A stretch of 64,000 nucleotides of DNA from an uncultured cyanobacterium (GTDB taxonomy: Bacteria > Cyanobacteriota > Cyanobacteriia > CAKZMO01), in assembly GCA_963719515.1 (NCBI GenBank), contig CAVRCJ010000011.1, positions 128,001 through 192,000 on the forward strand, read 5' to 3'. Under the pieces are notes generated by a model. The model made no database searches. It was not told the origin of the DNA and was given only the letters and a program-made list of their open reading frames with translations. The position numbers and the translations under genes are program-made. This document shows, piece after piece, positions 19,705 to 31,102 of the stretch (the stretch's first letter is position 1; every line of letters begins with the position of its first letter).

Positions 19705-20328
19705 TTAGGTGGTACTCACGGTTTCTGCAGTTTGGTCGTCCTGCTCAGAATCGAGCTCCTCCAGGATTTCCTCTGGAAGCTTACCAGACCGGCGGGACCC
19801 TGCGGGCAGTCCATGGGGAGAAACAACGCCTTTGGGCAAATAGCCGAACTCGCGCAGCGGCGTCACCATCGGATCTTGAGTTACCTTGTAGGGCAAGCGG
19901 CCTAGGGCCACGCTGTCATAGTTCAGCTCGTGGCGATCGTAGGCCGCCAGCTCGTATTCCTCCGTCATTGATAGACAGTTGGTCGGGCAATACTCCACGC
20001 AGTTGCCGCAGAAAATACAGACCCCAAAGTCAATGCTGTAATGCTTGAGGTTCTTTTTCTTGGCCGCTTTGTTAAACTCCCAATCCACCACCGGGAGGTT
20101 GATAGGGCAAACTCGAACGCAGACTTCGCAGGCGATACATTTGTCGAACTCGAAGTGGATGCGACCGCGATAGCGCTCGGAGGGAATTATCTTTTCGTAT
20201 GGATATTGAACGGTGACGGGGCGGCGCTGCAGGTGGTCAAAGGTTACCGAGAGACCTTGGCCGATGTACCGGGCCGCTTCAACGGCCCCCTTGGTATAGT
20301 CGCCAACTTGCTTGAGAAAATTGAGCAT
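19705..20328 (-). CDS. ndhI: NDH-1 subunit I (2x[4Fe-4S])
   Basis: [12 protein letters not shown] and [12 protein letters not shown]. Confidence 0.97.
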   Translation of the reverse strand: MLNFLKQVGDYTKGAVEAARYIGQGLSVTFDHLQRRPVTVQYPYEKIIPSERYRGRIHFEFDKCIACEVCVRVCPINLPVVDWEFNKAAKKKNLKHYSIDFGVCIFCGNCVEYCPTNCLSMTEEYELAAYDRHELNYDSVALGRLPYKVTQDPMVTPLREFGYLPKGVVSPHGLPAGSRRSGKLPEEILEELDSEQDDQTAETVSTT

Positions 20329-20431
20329 GGTGCTAAACGTCTGTTAGTACGACAACACAGTGGAAGAAAAGCCTGATGTCGGGCGGTGTGGAACGGGTGG
20401 AACGGGACAATCAGGGCAATGCCCTGCGCCC

Positions 20432-21550
20432 TTACCCCCCAAATGCGAACGGAAACGAAAGCTTCAGCGCTGCGGTCAACAGGAGATTGGCCAAAGCTAC
20501 CGGCAGCAGAAACTTCCAGCCCAGGTCTAAGAGCTGGTCAATGCGAACCCGGGGGACGGTCCAGCGAAGCAGAACAGCGAAGAAAACCAGCAGGTAAGCC
20601 TTGAAGACGGTCATTATAATGCCCAGCGCCCCCGTAAGCACCTGGAGCCAGGGCGTTGCCTCACTGATGCCAATCCAGCCTGCGATCGCCTCCACCGGCA
20701 CGGGGAAGCCCCAGCCTCCCAGGTAGAGTATCGATACAAACAGCGCCGACAGCACCAGGTTAACGTAAGACCCCAAATAAAACAGGCCGAACCGCATACC
20801 GGCATACTCAGTTTGGTAGCCCGCCACCAGCTCCTCCTCTGCCTCCGGGAGGTCAAACGGCAGGCGCTCGCATTCTGCTAGGGCAGCGATGACAAAAATG
20901 ACAAACCCTACGGGCTGACGCCAGACATTCCAGCTCAAGATGCCGTAGCTCGCCTGCTGCTGAACGATATCGACGGTGCTCAGCGAGTTAGACATCATGA
21001 CGACGGCCAGCGCCGCTAGCGCCAGCGGAATCTCGTAGCTGATAGACTGTGCCGCAGCCCGCAGCCCGCCCAAAAGGGAATATTTGTTGTTAGAGGAGTA
21101 TCCCGCCATCAGCAGCCCAATGGGCGCGATGCTCGACAGGGCAATCCAGAGAAAAATACCGACGCCCACATCGCTGATCAGCAAGTTCTGGCCGAACGGG
21201 ATAATCATGTAGGACAAGAACACGGGCACAACCACCAGAACCGGCCCGAGGGTATAGAGGATAGGGTCAGCTTTAGCGGGGAGAATGTCCTCTTTGACCA
21301 AAAGCTTGAGGCCGTCCGCAACGGGAATCAGCAGCCCCATAGGCCCTGCATATTCGGGTCCAATGCGCTGCTGAACGGCGGCAGACACCTTGCGCTCAAG
21401 CCAGGTGGACACCAAAACACCAACCGTTGCCCCCACTAGCACAATCAGCATCGGGAGGGGCAACCAGGCGAGTTTGGCGACGCCAGGGGGAAGACCCAGC
21501 TGAGTCAGCAGTTGGAGGAAGCTAGCCTGCAAGTCGATTCCAGTGTTCAT
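20432..21550 (-). CDS. ndhA: NDH-1 subunit A (NuoH)
   Basis: [21 protein letters not shown] and [17 protein letters not shown]. Confidence 0.97.
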   Translation of the reverse strand: MNTGIDLQASFLQLLTQLGLPPGVAKLAWLPLPMLIVLVGATVGVLVSTWLERKVSAAVQQRIGPEYAGPMGLLIPVADGLKLLVKEDILPAKADPILYTLGPVLVVVPVFLSYMIIPFGQNLLISDVGVGIFLWIALSSIAPIGLLMAGYSSNNKYSLLGGLRAAAQSISYEIPLALAALAVVMMSNSLSTVDIVQQQASYGILSWNVWRQPVGFVIFVIAALAECERLPFDLPEAEEELVAGYQTEYAGMRFGLFYLGSYVNLVLSALFVSILYLGGWGFPVPVEAIAGWIGISEATPWLQVLTGALGIIMTVFKAYLLVFFAVLLRWTVPRVRIDQLLDLGWKFLLPVALANLLLTAALKLSFPFAFGG

Positions 21551-21841
21551 GCTCTCGGGTAAATCAACAAGTAAAACGGGGAGCGGTGGATATCGGTGGA
21601 TATCAAATTAATGATTCTTCAAGATCCTAATGCCAGTATATCGCTGCATCGACAATCCGCAGACAATCTGCGGCGTTCATTGGCCGTGAAGGTTGCGGCG
21701 GAAGAGGCTATCTAGATGGCCTTTTAGGTGAAGGGCTATCTAGTGCTGCGGCGTAGCGTATGAGATGCTGAGGCAAGATCAAATCCCTTTAGACGCTACA
21801 ACAGCATTACGCTCACCAGATCTGTAGGACGGTCGACTGTC

Positions 21842-22696
21842 ATGCAAATCCCCCGCTTTCCTGAGTGCTACCACGCTCTCGTCGAGGATGCCTTGAGCCA
21901 CGACGACCAAACCCTGCTGCGCCAGCTGCAGCGGCACCCGGAATCAGGGCGCTGCTTCGTGGCGCTGTTCTGTCGCTATAGCCCGCTGGTCTACAGCCTG
22001 ATTCGCCACGCCACCCAATCTTCTGTCCAAGTGGACTATCTATTTGCTCAAACCTGGAAACAGATCTATCAAGATTTGCAGGACGTCAGTCCGGAGTCCT
22101 TTGGTGAAGGTAGCCCTGACGAAGGGATGGAGACGGCTGCAGAGGGCAGCGCTGGGGAGGTCAAGGCGGCCCTGAGCCCCAATACCATCAGTCCCAATAT
22201 CGCTAGCACCAGCAGCGCTAGCCCCGACAGAAGGGAGAGCAGTGGAGCAGGCACGGGCAAGGTAGGCGCAGACGGAATAGCCAATAGCGGGGGCGATCGC
22301 CGACCCCGCTTAGCCAGCGACTTTACCGGCAACGTTTCGACCCCAATGACGCTGCAAAATTGGATCATCGATATCGCGGCTCGCTATATTCGAGAAGCTC
22401 CCCCTGAAGCTGACCAAATTCGCTACTCACTGACCTACGCGCCGCCGCCGCTGTGGTGCTACCTGGAGCGATCGCTAGAGCAGCTCTCTCCGGTCCACCG
22501 GTTAGTCGTGGTGCTCCACAAGCGGTTTGGCTGGTCCTTAGAAGAAGTGGCGAGCCACTTGGCCTCAACCGGAATGGAGGTCGATACCGCAGCTGTTATA
22601 ACGTTACTGGGAGAAGGCTATGACCAAATCGACGAGTCGCTACCGCAAGATATCCGTGAGATCTACTTAGAGCCCTCAGCGGCCCGACCCCTGTAA
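21842..22696 (+). CDS. Cyanobacterial ECF/sigma-70-like protein with low-complexity internal insert
   Basis: Region-2-like FCRYSPLVYSL and region-4-like LSPVHRLVVVL...WSLEEVA. Confidence 0.55.
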   Translation: MQIPRFPECYHALVEDALSHDDQTLLRQLQRHPESGRCFVALFCRYSPLVYSLIRHATQSSVQVDYLFAQTWKQIYQDLQDVSPESFGEGSPDEGMETAAEGSAGEVKAALSPNTISPNIASTSSASPDRRESSGAGTGKVGADGIANSGGDRRPRLASDFTGNVSTPMTLQNWIIDIAARYIREAPPEADQIRYSLTYAPPPLWCYLERSLEQLSPVHRLVVVLHKRFGWSLEEVASHLASTGMEVDTAAVITLLGEGYDQIDESLPQDIREIYLEPSAARPL

Positions 22697-22882
22697 ACCA
22701 GCGATAAACCAATCACCAAACTTGATGGGGGAGCGATCGCATTGTGCGGTGCAGCCGCCTGTTCAATAGTATCAATAGTAAAGAATAAGCCAGTGAGCAA
22801 GCTGCCGCAGGACTAGGGCGATCGCCCTAGCTAAGAACGCCTCACTGCACCAGAACTCGACTAAGGAAATCTGAATTACGCT

Positions 22883-23221
22883 ATGGCAAAGTACTTTTTC
22901 TTATCAGATGGTTGGACGGTAGGTCGGGTTTGGGAGCTCGGTGGGCTTTGGAACGAAACCGCTTGGCGACGCAAGCCTCAAATTCAGCAGCTTAATCTTC
23001 GCATTCGCGAAGCGGACGAGCAGCTGTGGCTCTATCAGGTGGAGGATGCCATCTTGATGGTGGAAGTTAAGCCGGGTGAGACGATATCTGCCGACGCTAT
23101 TGGTCAGGTGGTACTCAAGCGCCTGATGGACGCCGAGAAGGTAATAGAGCTGCTGTGCCTGAGCCAAGAGAGTCAGGGAGGTGATCTCGCGAAGGCCAAC
23201 TACTCGACCCTCCAAGTTTAG
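22883..23221 (+). CDS. Hypothetical protein (looks like a conserved cyanobacterial family)
   Basis: Clean ORF with AAGGA upstream; MAKYFFLSDGW..GRVWE.GGLW. Confidence 0.65.
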   Translation: MAKYFFLSDGWTVGRVWELGGLWNETAWRRKPQIQQLNLRIREADEQLWLYQVEDAILMVEVKPGETISADAIGQVVLKRLMDAEKVIELLCLSQESQGGDLAKANYSTLQV

Positions 23222-23341
23222 AGAAGATGGGTTTCGCCCAGTACCCGGCGCTTTAGGAGTTTGAGAGGTGGCCGTCTGCCGAAGAGCAGCGCCACCTCTC
23301 AAGAGGACTCAGAAACTGCGCTACGCAAGGGCCTGCAGCCC

Positions 23342-25394
23342 CTAGATATTGCCGGGGGGAATGTCTGCCAGGTTGTTGTCCGGCAAATTGCTCACAGCGC
23401 GCTGAATTGAGACTAAAGCGCGGTTGTATCCCAGCACGGCATTTACCAAGTTGGCCTCAGCTTCCGTGAGGTCTGTCTGCGCCTGGATCACGTCCGACTG
23501 AATTCCCACCCCAGCCTGGAACCTCAGGCGAGCCAGCCGCAGCGACTCTTCTGCCAGCCGGACGGCTGCTTGAGCCGTCGTAATGTTTTCGAAGTTTGAC
23601 TCTAGACCAAAAAAGGCCTGCTCGACCTCAAAGCGGATAGACTCGCGGGTGTCTGCAAACGTTGTCTCTGCAATCTCGCGGTCTATGCGCTCCTGTCTCG
23701 CCCTAGCCCTTGATGCGCCGCCGTCGAAGAAAAGCCAGTCGAGCTGTGCGCCGATAGAAAACGAATCGCTGTCTCCACTGCTAAACCCCTGATCTTGGTC
23801 GACCTCGTCTATTAACTCCTGCACTTGATACTGCGCTACTAGAGAAAGCTGAGGTAGAGTGCCGGATCGCGCCACCCGCTGCTGCTGACGATCGATCTCG
23901 CGCTGTACGAGCTGCTGCTCAAGCTCAGCGCGGTTCTTATAGGCCAGCGTTAGGCTCTCTGATAGGGAAAGCTGCCACTGCCCGGCAATATTCACTGGGT
24001 CCGCCGCCGTCAGGTTAACGCCAGGGGGCAAGCTCAACAGCTCAACGAGCTGTCGCTGGTTAATCAGCTGGTTGCTAATCGAATTGCGTAACTCTTGGCG
24101 GGCATTGGCAACTTCTACTTGGGCCTGAAGCCTATCAAACCGCGTTCCTACGCCGGCGCGCTCTCGGGCCGCCGCGTCGCGAAAACTAATTAGCGCTTCG
24201 TCTAAATTGTCGCGGTTGATGCGAACGGTTTCGTCAGCTTCTTGGATGTCGTAATACGCTTGGGTAACGTTGAGCTGTATTTCTTCGGCGATGACCTCTA
24301 GCTGCAGCGCCTGGAGGCGCTGCGCCTCGCGAGCGGCTCTGATGTTGCCCTGACGCGCGCCTGAGGTAAACAGGTCGTAGCTTAAGGCGACGGTACCTGT
24401 CAACGTGCTGTTGGTCTGAGAATCACGTTCTGATTCGAAAGAGGGATTGAAGGGGTCGTCGCTGCTGTTGACGGTAGTAGACTGATTTGTCGTCGTACGA
24501 TTCAAAGCGCCGGTAGTGCTGAGGCTTGGAAACCGCTGGGCCCGAGCTTCCCTCACCTGAGCTTGAGCCCGCTCAAACTGAAGCTGGGCATTTTGTAGGT
24601 CGCGGCTGTTGCGGTAGGAAACCTGCAGCGCCTGCTCAAGGGTAACGGGAATGTTCTCGGTGACCTCCAGGGTTTCTGGATCGGTCGGAAAGAACAGCGG
24701 ATTCGCAGGGGCGCGCAAAATCTCTAGAACGGTCTGCACCGTTTGGGAGAGGTCGTCATCGGCGTCGACATCCGCCTGAGGGACGTCAGCTCATCCGCTG
24801 GGGTACGTCAGCTTCGACCTCAGGATCGCCGCTTGGGTCTGCAAGATCCGCATCATCTAGATCGAGGGGCTGGGAGAGGGGGTCATCGTCATCGAAAGCC
24901 TCGACCTCACCGGCACTGCCTTCATCTAAGAACTCTTCCACTGACTCTAGGTCGGCCTCCTCGGCGGCTTCAACCTCGTCTTCTACCCCTAACTCGTCCG
25001 GGTCATCGTTGATTAGCGGGGTAGACTCAGCGCTTGGATCTGAATTGGCGGGATTGGAACCGGGGTCAAGGGGTATACTGTCGCCGGTCGGCTCTTCGGC
25101 TTGAGCCAAGTCAAACCCTGCCAGCGGGCGATCGCCAATTCGATAGACGACGTTGACAGACTCTGGGGAGGTATCGAAGGCTGGGGAACCAGAGAGTGCA
25201 GCGCTCGGGACTGTAGCGTGAGGCGACGCATCAGCGATCCAAACGACAGGCTTTTGAGAGGGTAGCTTCAAAGCCTCAGTTGGGCTTGACTCGGGTACTG
25301 GAGGGGCATCAGACTGGGCATTTGCCAGACCAGCTGGTCCAAGTATGACCGCTGCACTGATGCCAATGGCGATAACGTTGCTATGAGCTTGCAT
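23342..25394 (-). CDS. tolC: TolC-family outer-membrane efflux protein, split by a frameshift at ~24790
   Basis: ORF 24786-25394 carries the signal peptide and acidic linker; ORF 23342-24739 carries two OEP repeats. The junction lies in a ~24-nt tandem duplication. Confidence 0.8.
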
Positions 25395-25799
25395 ACTGCT
25401 GTCGTCTCAACGATCTGTAAGAAGGTAACCAGTCGGCGGCTGTGGTCGTGGGTTGTAGAAACAACCTTATGCAGAATATCGGTCACAAGCGAATTTGGCA
25501 ATTTTTACAGTGCCCCATATTCGGACGGCGTGCCTCACCCTACTCGGTGATCTTCGCACTTTCGCGCTCTAGATATACTGGTCAATTTAGCGTTATAGGA
25601 CCGTGAGTAGCCGTGATTGCAATCGCAGGATTACACAAAGGGGAATCCCAGTCGTCAGCGACTCAATGACCTATTCAAACTTCAGATACTTACAAAACGA
25701 CTAGTTGCTGGGCAGGATAGTTTCTTCTCCGGCTGACGAATTAGGGCTTGAGCGGGGTAAACCTTGGGACCACTGGGCTTGATTTAGCGTGACTCAAGG

Positions 25800-27287
25800 C
25801 TATAGGTTGCCAAATCCTTTCTTTTTCTTGCTCTTCTTTTTCTTCTTGCTCCCTTTCGCACCTTGATAGCCTCGCCATCCCGGCATACCGCCGCCTGCGC
25901 CAGGCATGTCGCCGCCCATACCGGGCATCCCACCACCAAACATGCCGCCCATACCGGGCATGCCGCCACCCATGCCGGGCATCCCCATTTGCCCCTGCCC
26001 CATTTGCTGCATCAGCGATCGCATCTTCTGAAAGTCGCTGACCAGCTTGCTGACGTCGTTGATGTCATAGCCGGCCCCGCGAGCAATGCGGCTGCGGCGG
26101 CTCGGGGACCCTGACAGGAGTTCGGGGTTGCGCCGCTCCTCTAGCGTCATGGACTTAATCATCGCCTCTGCCCGCTTGAGCTGCGTTTCCCCCTGCTGAA
26201 GCTGGTCCCCCGAGATCTTGTTCATGCCAGGAATCATCTTGGCAATTCCGCCCAACGATCCCATCGTCTTGAGCAGGCGCGTTTGCTTAAGAAAATCATT
26301 GAAGTCAAACTGAGCCGACAGGATCTTCTCCTGCATCTTTTCGGCTTCCACCATGTCGACTTCTTCTTGAGCCTTTTCCACCAGGGTGAGCACGTCGCCC
26401 ATTCCCAAGATGCGAGAGGCCATACGGTCAGGGTAGAAGGGCTGCAGCGCCTCTACTTTTTCCCCCACGCCAATAAATTTGATGGGCTGCCCCGAGATGC
26501 TGCGCACGGAAAGGGCCGCCCCCCCTCGCGTGTCGCCGTCCATCTTCGTCAAAATCGCGCCCGTCACCCCAATCTCATCGTGGAACGTGCGGGTGAGGGT
26601 GGCCGCCTCCTGGCCGGTCATTGCGTCAACAACCAGCAGCGTATCGTGGGGCTGTACTGCCTTCTTGACCTTGGCCAGCTCGGCCATCATCGCTTGGTCA
26701 ATTTGCAGTCGACCCGCCGTGTCGATAATCACCGTGTCGACGCCATCGGCCTTAGCCTTCTCAACGCCCTGACGGGCAATTTCGACGGGGTCAGCGTCTG
26801 AGCCCAGCTCAAACACCGGCACGTTGATTTGCTTACCCAAAGTCACCAGCTGGTCGATGGCGGCAGGGCGATACACGTCTGTAGCCACCAGGAGCGCACT
26901 GCGGTCTTGCTTGCGCAGGTGCAGCGCCAGCTTAGCTGAGGCCGTGGTTTTTCCTGTTCCCTGCAGACCCGCCATCAGCACAATGGTGGGGCCGGGGTCA
27001 GCCTGCGCGAGGGGAACGCCCGTCTCCCCCATAACGGACATAAGCTCATCGTGGACGATTTTGATGAACTGTTGGTCGGGGCGTACCCCTGCGACCACTT
27101 CAGCGCCCTGGGCCTTGACCTTGACCTGGGCGACAAATTCTTTGACCACCTGGAGGTTGACATCTGCCTCTAGTAGGGCTCGGCGCACCTCCCGGAGCGC
27201 CTCCTGAATATTTGACTCGGAGATTTTGTCTTGACCCCGGAGGGTTTTCCAAGCGGATTCCAGCCGATCTGAAAGGGCTTCAAACAT
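25800..27287 (-). CDS. ffh: Signal recognition particle protein Ffh
   Basis: GLQGTGKTT, DTAGR, TKMDGD and a Met/Gly-rich M domain. Confidence 0.97.
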   Translation of the reverse strand: MFEALSDRLESAWKTLRGQDKISESNIQEALREVRRALLEADVNLQVVKEFVAQVKVKAQGAEVVAGVRPDQQFIKIVHDELMSVMGETGVPLAQADPGPTIVLMAGLQGTGKTTASAKLALHLRKQDRSALLVATDVYRPAAIDQLVTLGKQINVPVFELGSDADPVEIARQGVEKAKADGVDTVIIDTAGRLQIDQAMMAELAKVKKAVQPHDTLLVVDAMTGQEAATLTRTFHDEIGVTGAILTKMDGDTRGGAALSVRSISGQPIKFIGVGEKVEALQPFYPDRMASRILGMGDVLTLVEKAQEEVDMVEAEKMQEKILSAQFDFNDFLKQTRLLKTMGSLGGIAKMIPGMNKISGDQLQQGETQLKRAEAMIKSMTLEERRNPELLSGSPSRRSRIARGAGYDINDVSKLVSDFQKMRSLMQQMGQGQMGMPGMGGGMPGMGGMFGGGMPGMGGDMPGAGGGMPGWRGYQGAKGSKKKKKSKKKKGFGNL

Positions 27288-27502
27288 AGCGATAGCGACG
27301 GTAACGGTGGTTCATGCTGCAGACGAGAGCGGTCGTACTGCGCGCAGCGGGTTGTCTGTATCTATATCTATATTAGGGGGTGTTGTCTCGGGGATGCGGC
27401 CAGGCGGCAAATGTGTCGACTGCCGCTGCAGAGAAGCGCGATCGCAGCAGGTCACGCAGGAAGGCAAGCCTAGCTCCGAAAAAAAGGGAGAGCCACTAAA
27501 GC

Positions 27503-27534
27503 AAAAAAAAGGGAGAGCCACTAAGGACTCTCCC
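27503..27534 (-). terminator. Rho-independent terminator; its 3' half is duplicated at 27479-27499
   Basis: GGGAGAG-TCCTTAGTGG-CTCTCCC-TTTTTTTT on the minus strand. Confidence 0.75.
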
Positions 27535-27552
27535 AACCATCAGGGTGCATCT
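27503..27552 (-). ncRNA. Candidate ~50-nt small RNA
   Basis: TATTAT -10 box (27560-27565), then AGATGCACCCTGATGG, then a terminator hairpin with U8. Confidence 0.45.
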
Positions 27553-27639
27553 GAATAACATAATAGGGTATTTGACCCATAGGGGGTCGTACCCCCTACC
27601 AAATTCTTAACAAAACTTAAAAATTGGCGGCAGCTAGCG

Positions 27640-29145
27640 TTAAGGAGACTCGACCGTCGTCGCATCGGCGATCGCGGCAGAGCCCTCTTTCGGTCCGACA
27701 AGAACGTAGGTCGTCATCAAACCTTTGCCTTTTACAGCAACATCACGCCGGGGGCTGAATCGATACTGACTTCGGAGTCGCTCGTAGGTGGCGGCGCTCA
27801 CCTGAATGGCCCCGGCAATTCCATGGGACTCCATACGGCTGGCGAGATTAACCGTATCACCCCAGAGATCGTAGATAAATTTCTTAGTGCCAATCACGCC
27901 GGCTGTCACAGGTCCAGTATTAATGCCAATGCGCAGTTCAAGCGCTTCACCCGTTTCCGCTCGCAGTCGCTTAACCTCTCGCTGCATGGCTAGGGCCAGT
28001 TCTGCGATCGCCTCAGCATGGTCTGAGCGCTCCATTGGGAGCCCGCCTACAACCATGTAGGCATCGCCAATAGTCTTAATTTTTTCTAGCCCAAAGCGCT
28101 CAGTGAGCTGGTCAAACGCCGAGAAAACGACGTTAAGCAGCTGCACTAGATCGTTGGGCGGTAGTCGCTCTGCCAGCTGAGTAAACTCGACCAGATCGGC
28201 AAACAGAACCGTGGCGTCCGCAAAGCCATCAGCGATATCCCGCTGCCCTGCTTTGAGCCGGGTAGCAATGGGGGGCGGCAAGATATTGAGCAACAGCTGC
28301 TCGGACTTACGCCGCTCTTGGTCGAGCTGCTGGTTCGTTTTCCTGAGGGCAGCGGTGCGATCCTGCACTCGCTGCTCTAGCTCGCGGGAGATATGTTTCA
28401 GCCGTCCGATTACCAGCGTCAGCCCCAGCACTGCCAGTCCAAACAAAATGACCAGCGTAATGCTGGTGCTCTTAATCCGGCGGCGGGCCTGCTGCGTAAA
28501 GTCTGCAACCGGGGTAATAATTTCCAGGACGCCCCGTACATCTCCCACTGTCCACCCTTTTTGAGGGCTGTCGGGGTGGGTGTTGTGGCACTCCACGCAG
28601 CTGGGCTGGAGCACGTCGGCAACGGCGTATCGAATCGAGCGCTCTCCCTGGAAAGTCTCAAATCGAATAAAAGGCTCGTCTGGAGACTGCTGCAGGGTTT
28701 GGAGAGCGATGCGCTCGAAATCATCGTGGGCTCCGCCGTCTTCTCTCCAGGGAAAGGGAAGGTCGCTGTAGAGCCGGACCGTGGTCATTTCAGTTTGCGT
28801 GGTCAACTGATGACTGAGGTCGATTAAAAAAGTGGCTGGAACTGGAATGGAGTGAGGTTTTTTCGTGAGGTCATGGTGAATCTCCACGCCGTCGACATCC
28901 CGCAGGGGGGCGATGATGCGATCGCTGTAGAAGGTGCGGGCCTCCTGAAGCGCTTGAACGTAGAGCCGCGAGCTTTGAGTGGCCTGAGATTCCATCAGCG
29001 TTGTGGAGAGGCGAGCCATATTCCACAGCGCGGCGATGGAACCGGCCAGCAGCAGCAGCGTCAGCAGCAGAATGGTCCGGCGGTACAGCAGCCGCGTTAG
29101 GGCTCGAACAATGGGGTTTTGCCGCAGCGAGATCGGAGATACCAT
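27640..29145 (-). CDS. Membrane class III adenylate cyclase with periplasmic c-type heme (DUF3365/Tll0287-like) sensor
   Basis: TM, then CVECH, then TM and a coiled coil; LFADLVEFT, EKIKTIGDAYM and IYDLWGDTVNLASRMES (K/D residues indicate ATP specificity). Confidence 0.88.
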   Translation of the reverse strand: MVSPISLRQNPIVRALTRLLYRRTILLLTLLLLAGSIAALWNMARLSTTLMESQATQSSRLYVQALQEARTFYSDRIIAPLRDVDGVEIHHDLTKKPHSIPVPATFLIDLSHQLTTQTEMTTVRLYSDLPFPWREDGGAHDDFERIALQTLQQSPDEPFIRFETFQGERSIRYAVADVLQPSCVECHNTHPDSPQKGWTVGDVRGVLEIITPVADFTQQARRRIKSTSITLVILFGLAVLGLTLVIGRLKHISRELEQRVQDRTAALRKTNQQLDQERRKSEQLLLNILPPPIATRLKAGQRDIADGFADATVLFADLVEFTQLAERLPPNDLVQLLNVVFSAFDQLTERFGLEKIKTIGDAYMVVGGLPMERSDHAEAIAELALAMQREVKRLRAETGEALELRIGINTGPVTAGVIGTKKFIYDLWGDTVNLASRMESHGIAGAIQVSAATYERLRSQYRFSPRRDVAVKGKGLMTTYVLVGPKEGSAAIADATTVESP

Positions 29146-29527
29146 GATTTAAGGGGTGCGCTAGTCACAAGCAGGGGAAACCATAGGCAAACGCAGTCGC
29201 GCGAGCAGAGGCAGGCAGTCGAATCGTCGGGGGTGACGGCTCGATGGGCGGGCCTGAACGCGGTTTGCTGGACATAGCGCTTGCTGGCGTGACGAACAGC
29301 ATGCGATAAAAGTTCCAACAATACTTATCTCTACAAGCACTGTGCCTGCAATTTAGGAAACGTTTACAAAAAAAAGGAAAAGTAGCTCGCTCCCCTCAGT
29401 CCTTCTGGCGGCTTCACAGCACAGTTGCGGATAGCCTCACTAAATAACCCAATCTGTAAGACCCAATCTGTAAGACCCAGCATCGCCAGTTTTGCCCGCT
29501 CTCACTCACCCCTTGGAACTAACCTCT

Positions 29528-31051
29528 ATGACGGATGCAGACGCCATTATTATCGGCAGCGGCATTGGCGGACTGGTAGCTGGATCCCTGCTAGCCCGCT
29601 ACGGCTGGCGTGTTCTTATTTGCGAGAGCCACAGCATTGCTGGCGGCGCAGCCCACAGCTTTTCCCGCCAGGGGTTCCACTTTGACTCAGGGCCGTCTTT
29701 CTACTGTGGGTTAGGCACCGAGCCCAAAACGGGCAGCGGCTCTCTTAACCCCCTGCGCCAGGTGCTTGACGCCCTAGAGGTCGAGCTGCCCACGGTGGCC
29801 TACGACCCCATGGGGCACTATCACTTTCCCGACGGGACGCTGCCGGTCTATGGCAATAGCGATCGCTACCGCCAGGCTGTCGCTCAGTTTACGCCCTCAG
29901 GAGCCCAAGAGCTGGCCGCTTTCGAGTCTCGTCTGCTGAAGCTTTACGACGCCCTGCGGCCTATCCCAACCCTAGCGCTGCGCGCTGACCTGAAGGCGCT
30001 GCCGCTGCTGGTGGGGCGCTACGGGGGCTCACTGCTGAAGCTACTGCCCCAGCTATCCGTTATTCAGGGCTCCGTTGGAGACATCTTGGATCAAACGGTC
30101 CAGGACCCCTGGGTACGACGACTGATCGACCTAGAGTGCTTTTTGCTTTCAGGCCTAACCGCTAGCGGCACCGTTGCCCCAGAAGTGGCATTTATGTTTG
30201 GTGAGCGTACTCACTCGGTGATCGATTACCCCCTCGGGGGCAGCGGAGCCATCGTTACCGCGCTGGTTAAAGGGCTAGAGCGCTGGGGCGGAGAGCTGCG
30301 GCTCAATAGTCCCGTCGAGCGGGTGGTGGTGGAAGCCGGCCAGGCCACAGGCGTCCTGCTGCAGGGAGGGCGTCGCCTGAGCGCCCCGGTCGTCATTTCC
30401 AACGCCACAGTGTGGGACACCTACGGTCAGCTTCTAGCGCCAGAAGACCTCCCCCCGGCCTTCCGCCAGCGATCGCTGCAGACTCCGGCGGTCCATAGCT
30501 TCATGCATCTCCACCTTGGCCTACGCGCCGAGGGCCTAGAGGGGCTAACCGGCCACCACGTCGTGGTGCACGATAGTGACCTTACCCAGCCGGGCCACAC
30601 CTGCATGATTTCCATCCCGTCGGTGTGGGACCAGAGCCTCGCGCCTGAAGGGCACCACGTCGTCCATGCCTATACCCTAGAGCCCTATGCCGGCTGGCGG
30701 CGGGACGATGACTACCCCATGCGCAAACGACAGCGGGCTGAACCGCTGTTTCGTGCCCTAGAGCGGGTGATTCCGGACGTGCGATCGCGTATTGCCTTAG
30801 AGCTGATCGGCACCCCCCTCACCCACGCCCACTACCTGCGCCGCCACCAGGGAACCTACGGACCGGCGATCGCCGCCCAGGACGGGCTGTTCCCCAATCA
30901 CCGCACCCCGGTAAGCGGCCTCTACCGTGTAGGAGACAGCACCCTACCCGGCATCGGCGTCCCCGCTGTGGCGGCGTCCGGCATTCTGTGCGCCAACACT
31001 TTGGTGTCGCCTCGGCAGACCAAAACGCTGTTAGAGGCCTTGGCGCTCTAG
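29528..31051 (+). CDS. FAD-dependent oxidoreductase, phytoene desaturase / carotenoid isomerase family
   Basis: IIIGSGIGGL, FDSGPS, GTPLTH and GDSTLPGIGVPAVAASG. Confidence 0.85.
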   Translation: MTDADAIIIGSGIGGLVAGSLLARYGWRVLICESHSIAGGAAHSFSRQGFHFDSGPSFYCGLGTEPKTGSGSLNPLRQVLDALEVELPTVAYDPMGHYHFPDGTLPVYGNSDRYRQAVAQFTPSGAQELAAFESRLLKLYDALRPIPTLALRADLKALPLLVGRYGGSLLKLLPQLSVIQGSVGDILDQTVQDPWVRRLIDLECFLLSGLTASGTVAPEVAFMFGERTHSVIDYPLGGSGAIVTALVKGLERWGGELRLNSPVERVVVEAGQATGVLLQGGRRLSAPVVISNATVWDTYGQLLAPEDLPPAFRQRSLQTPAVHSFMHLHLGLRAEGLEGLTGHHVVVHDSDLTQPGHTCMISIPSVWDQSLAPEGHHVVHAYTLEPYAGWRRDDDYPMRKRQRAEPLFRALERVIPDVRSRIALELIGTPLTHAHYLRRHQGTYGPAIAAQDGLFPNHRTPVSGLYRVGDSTLPGIGVPAVAASGILCANTLVSPRQTKTLLEALAL

Positions 31052-31102
31052 CCCGCGACGCGAATTTACCCAAGCCATGGCCCAAATTGATGGCCCAAAT
31101 TT

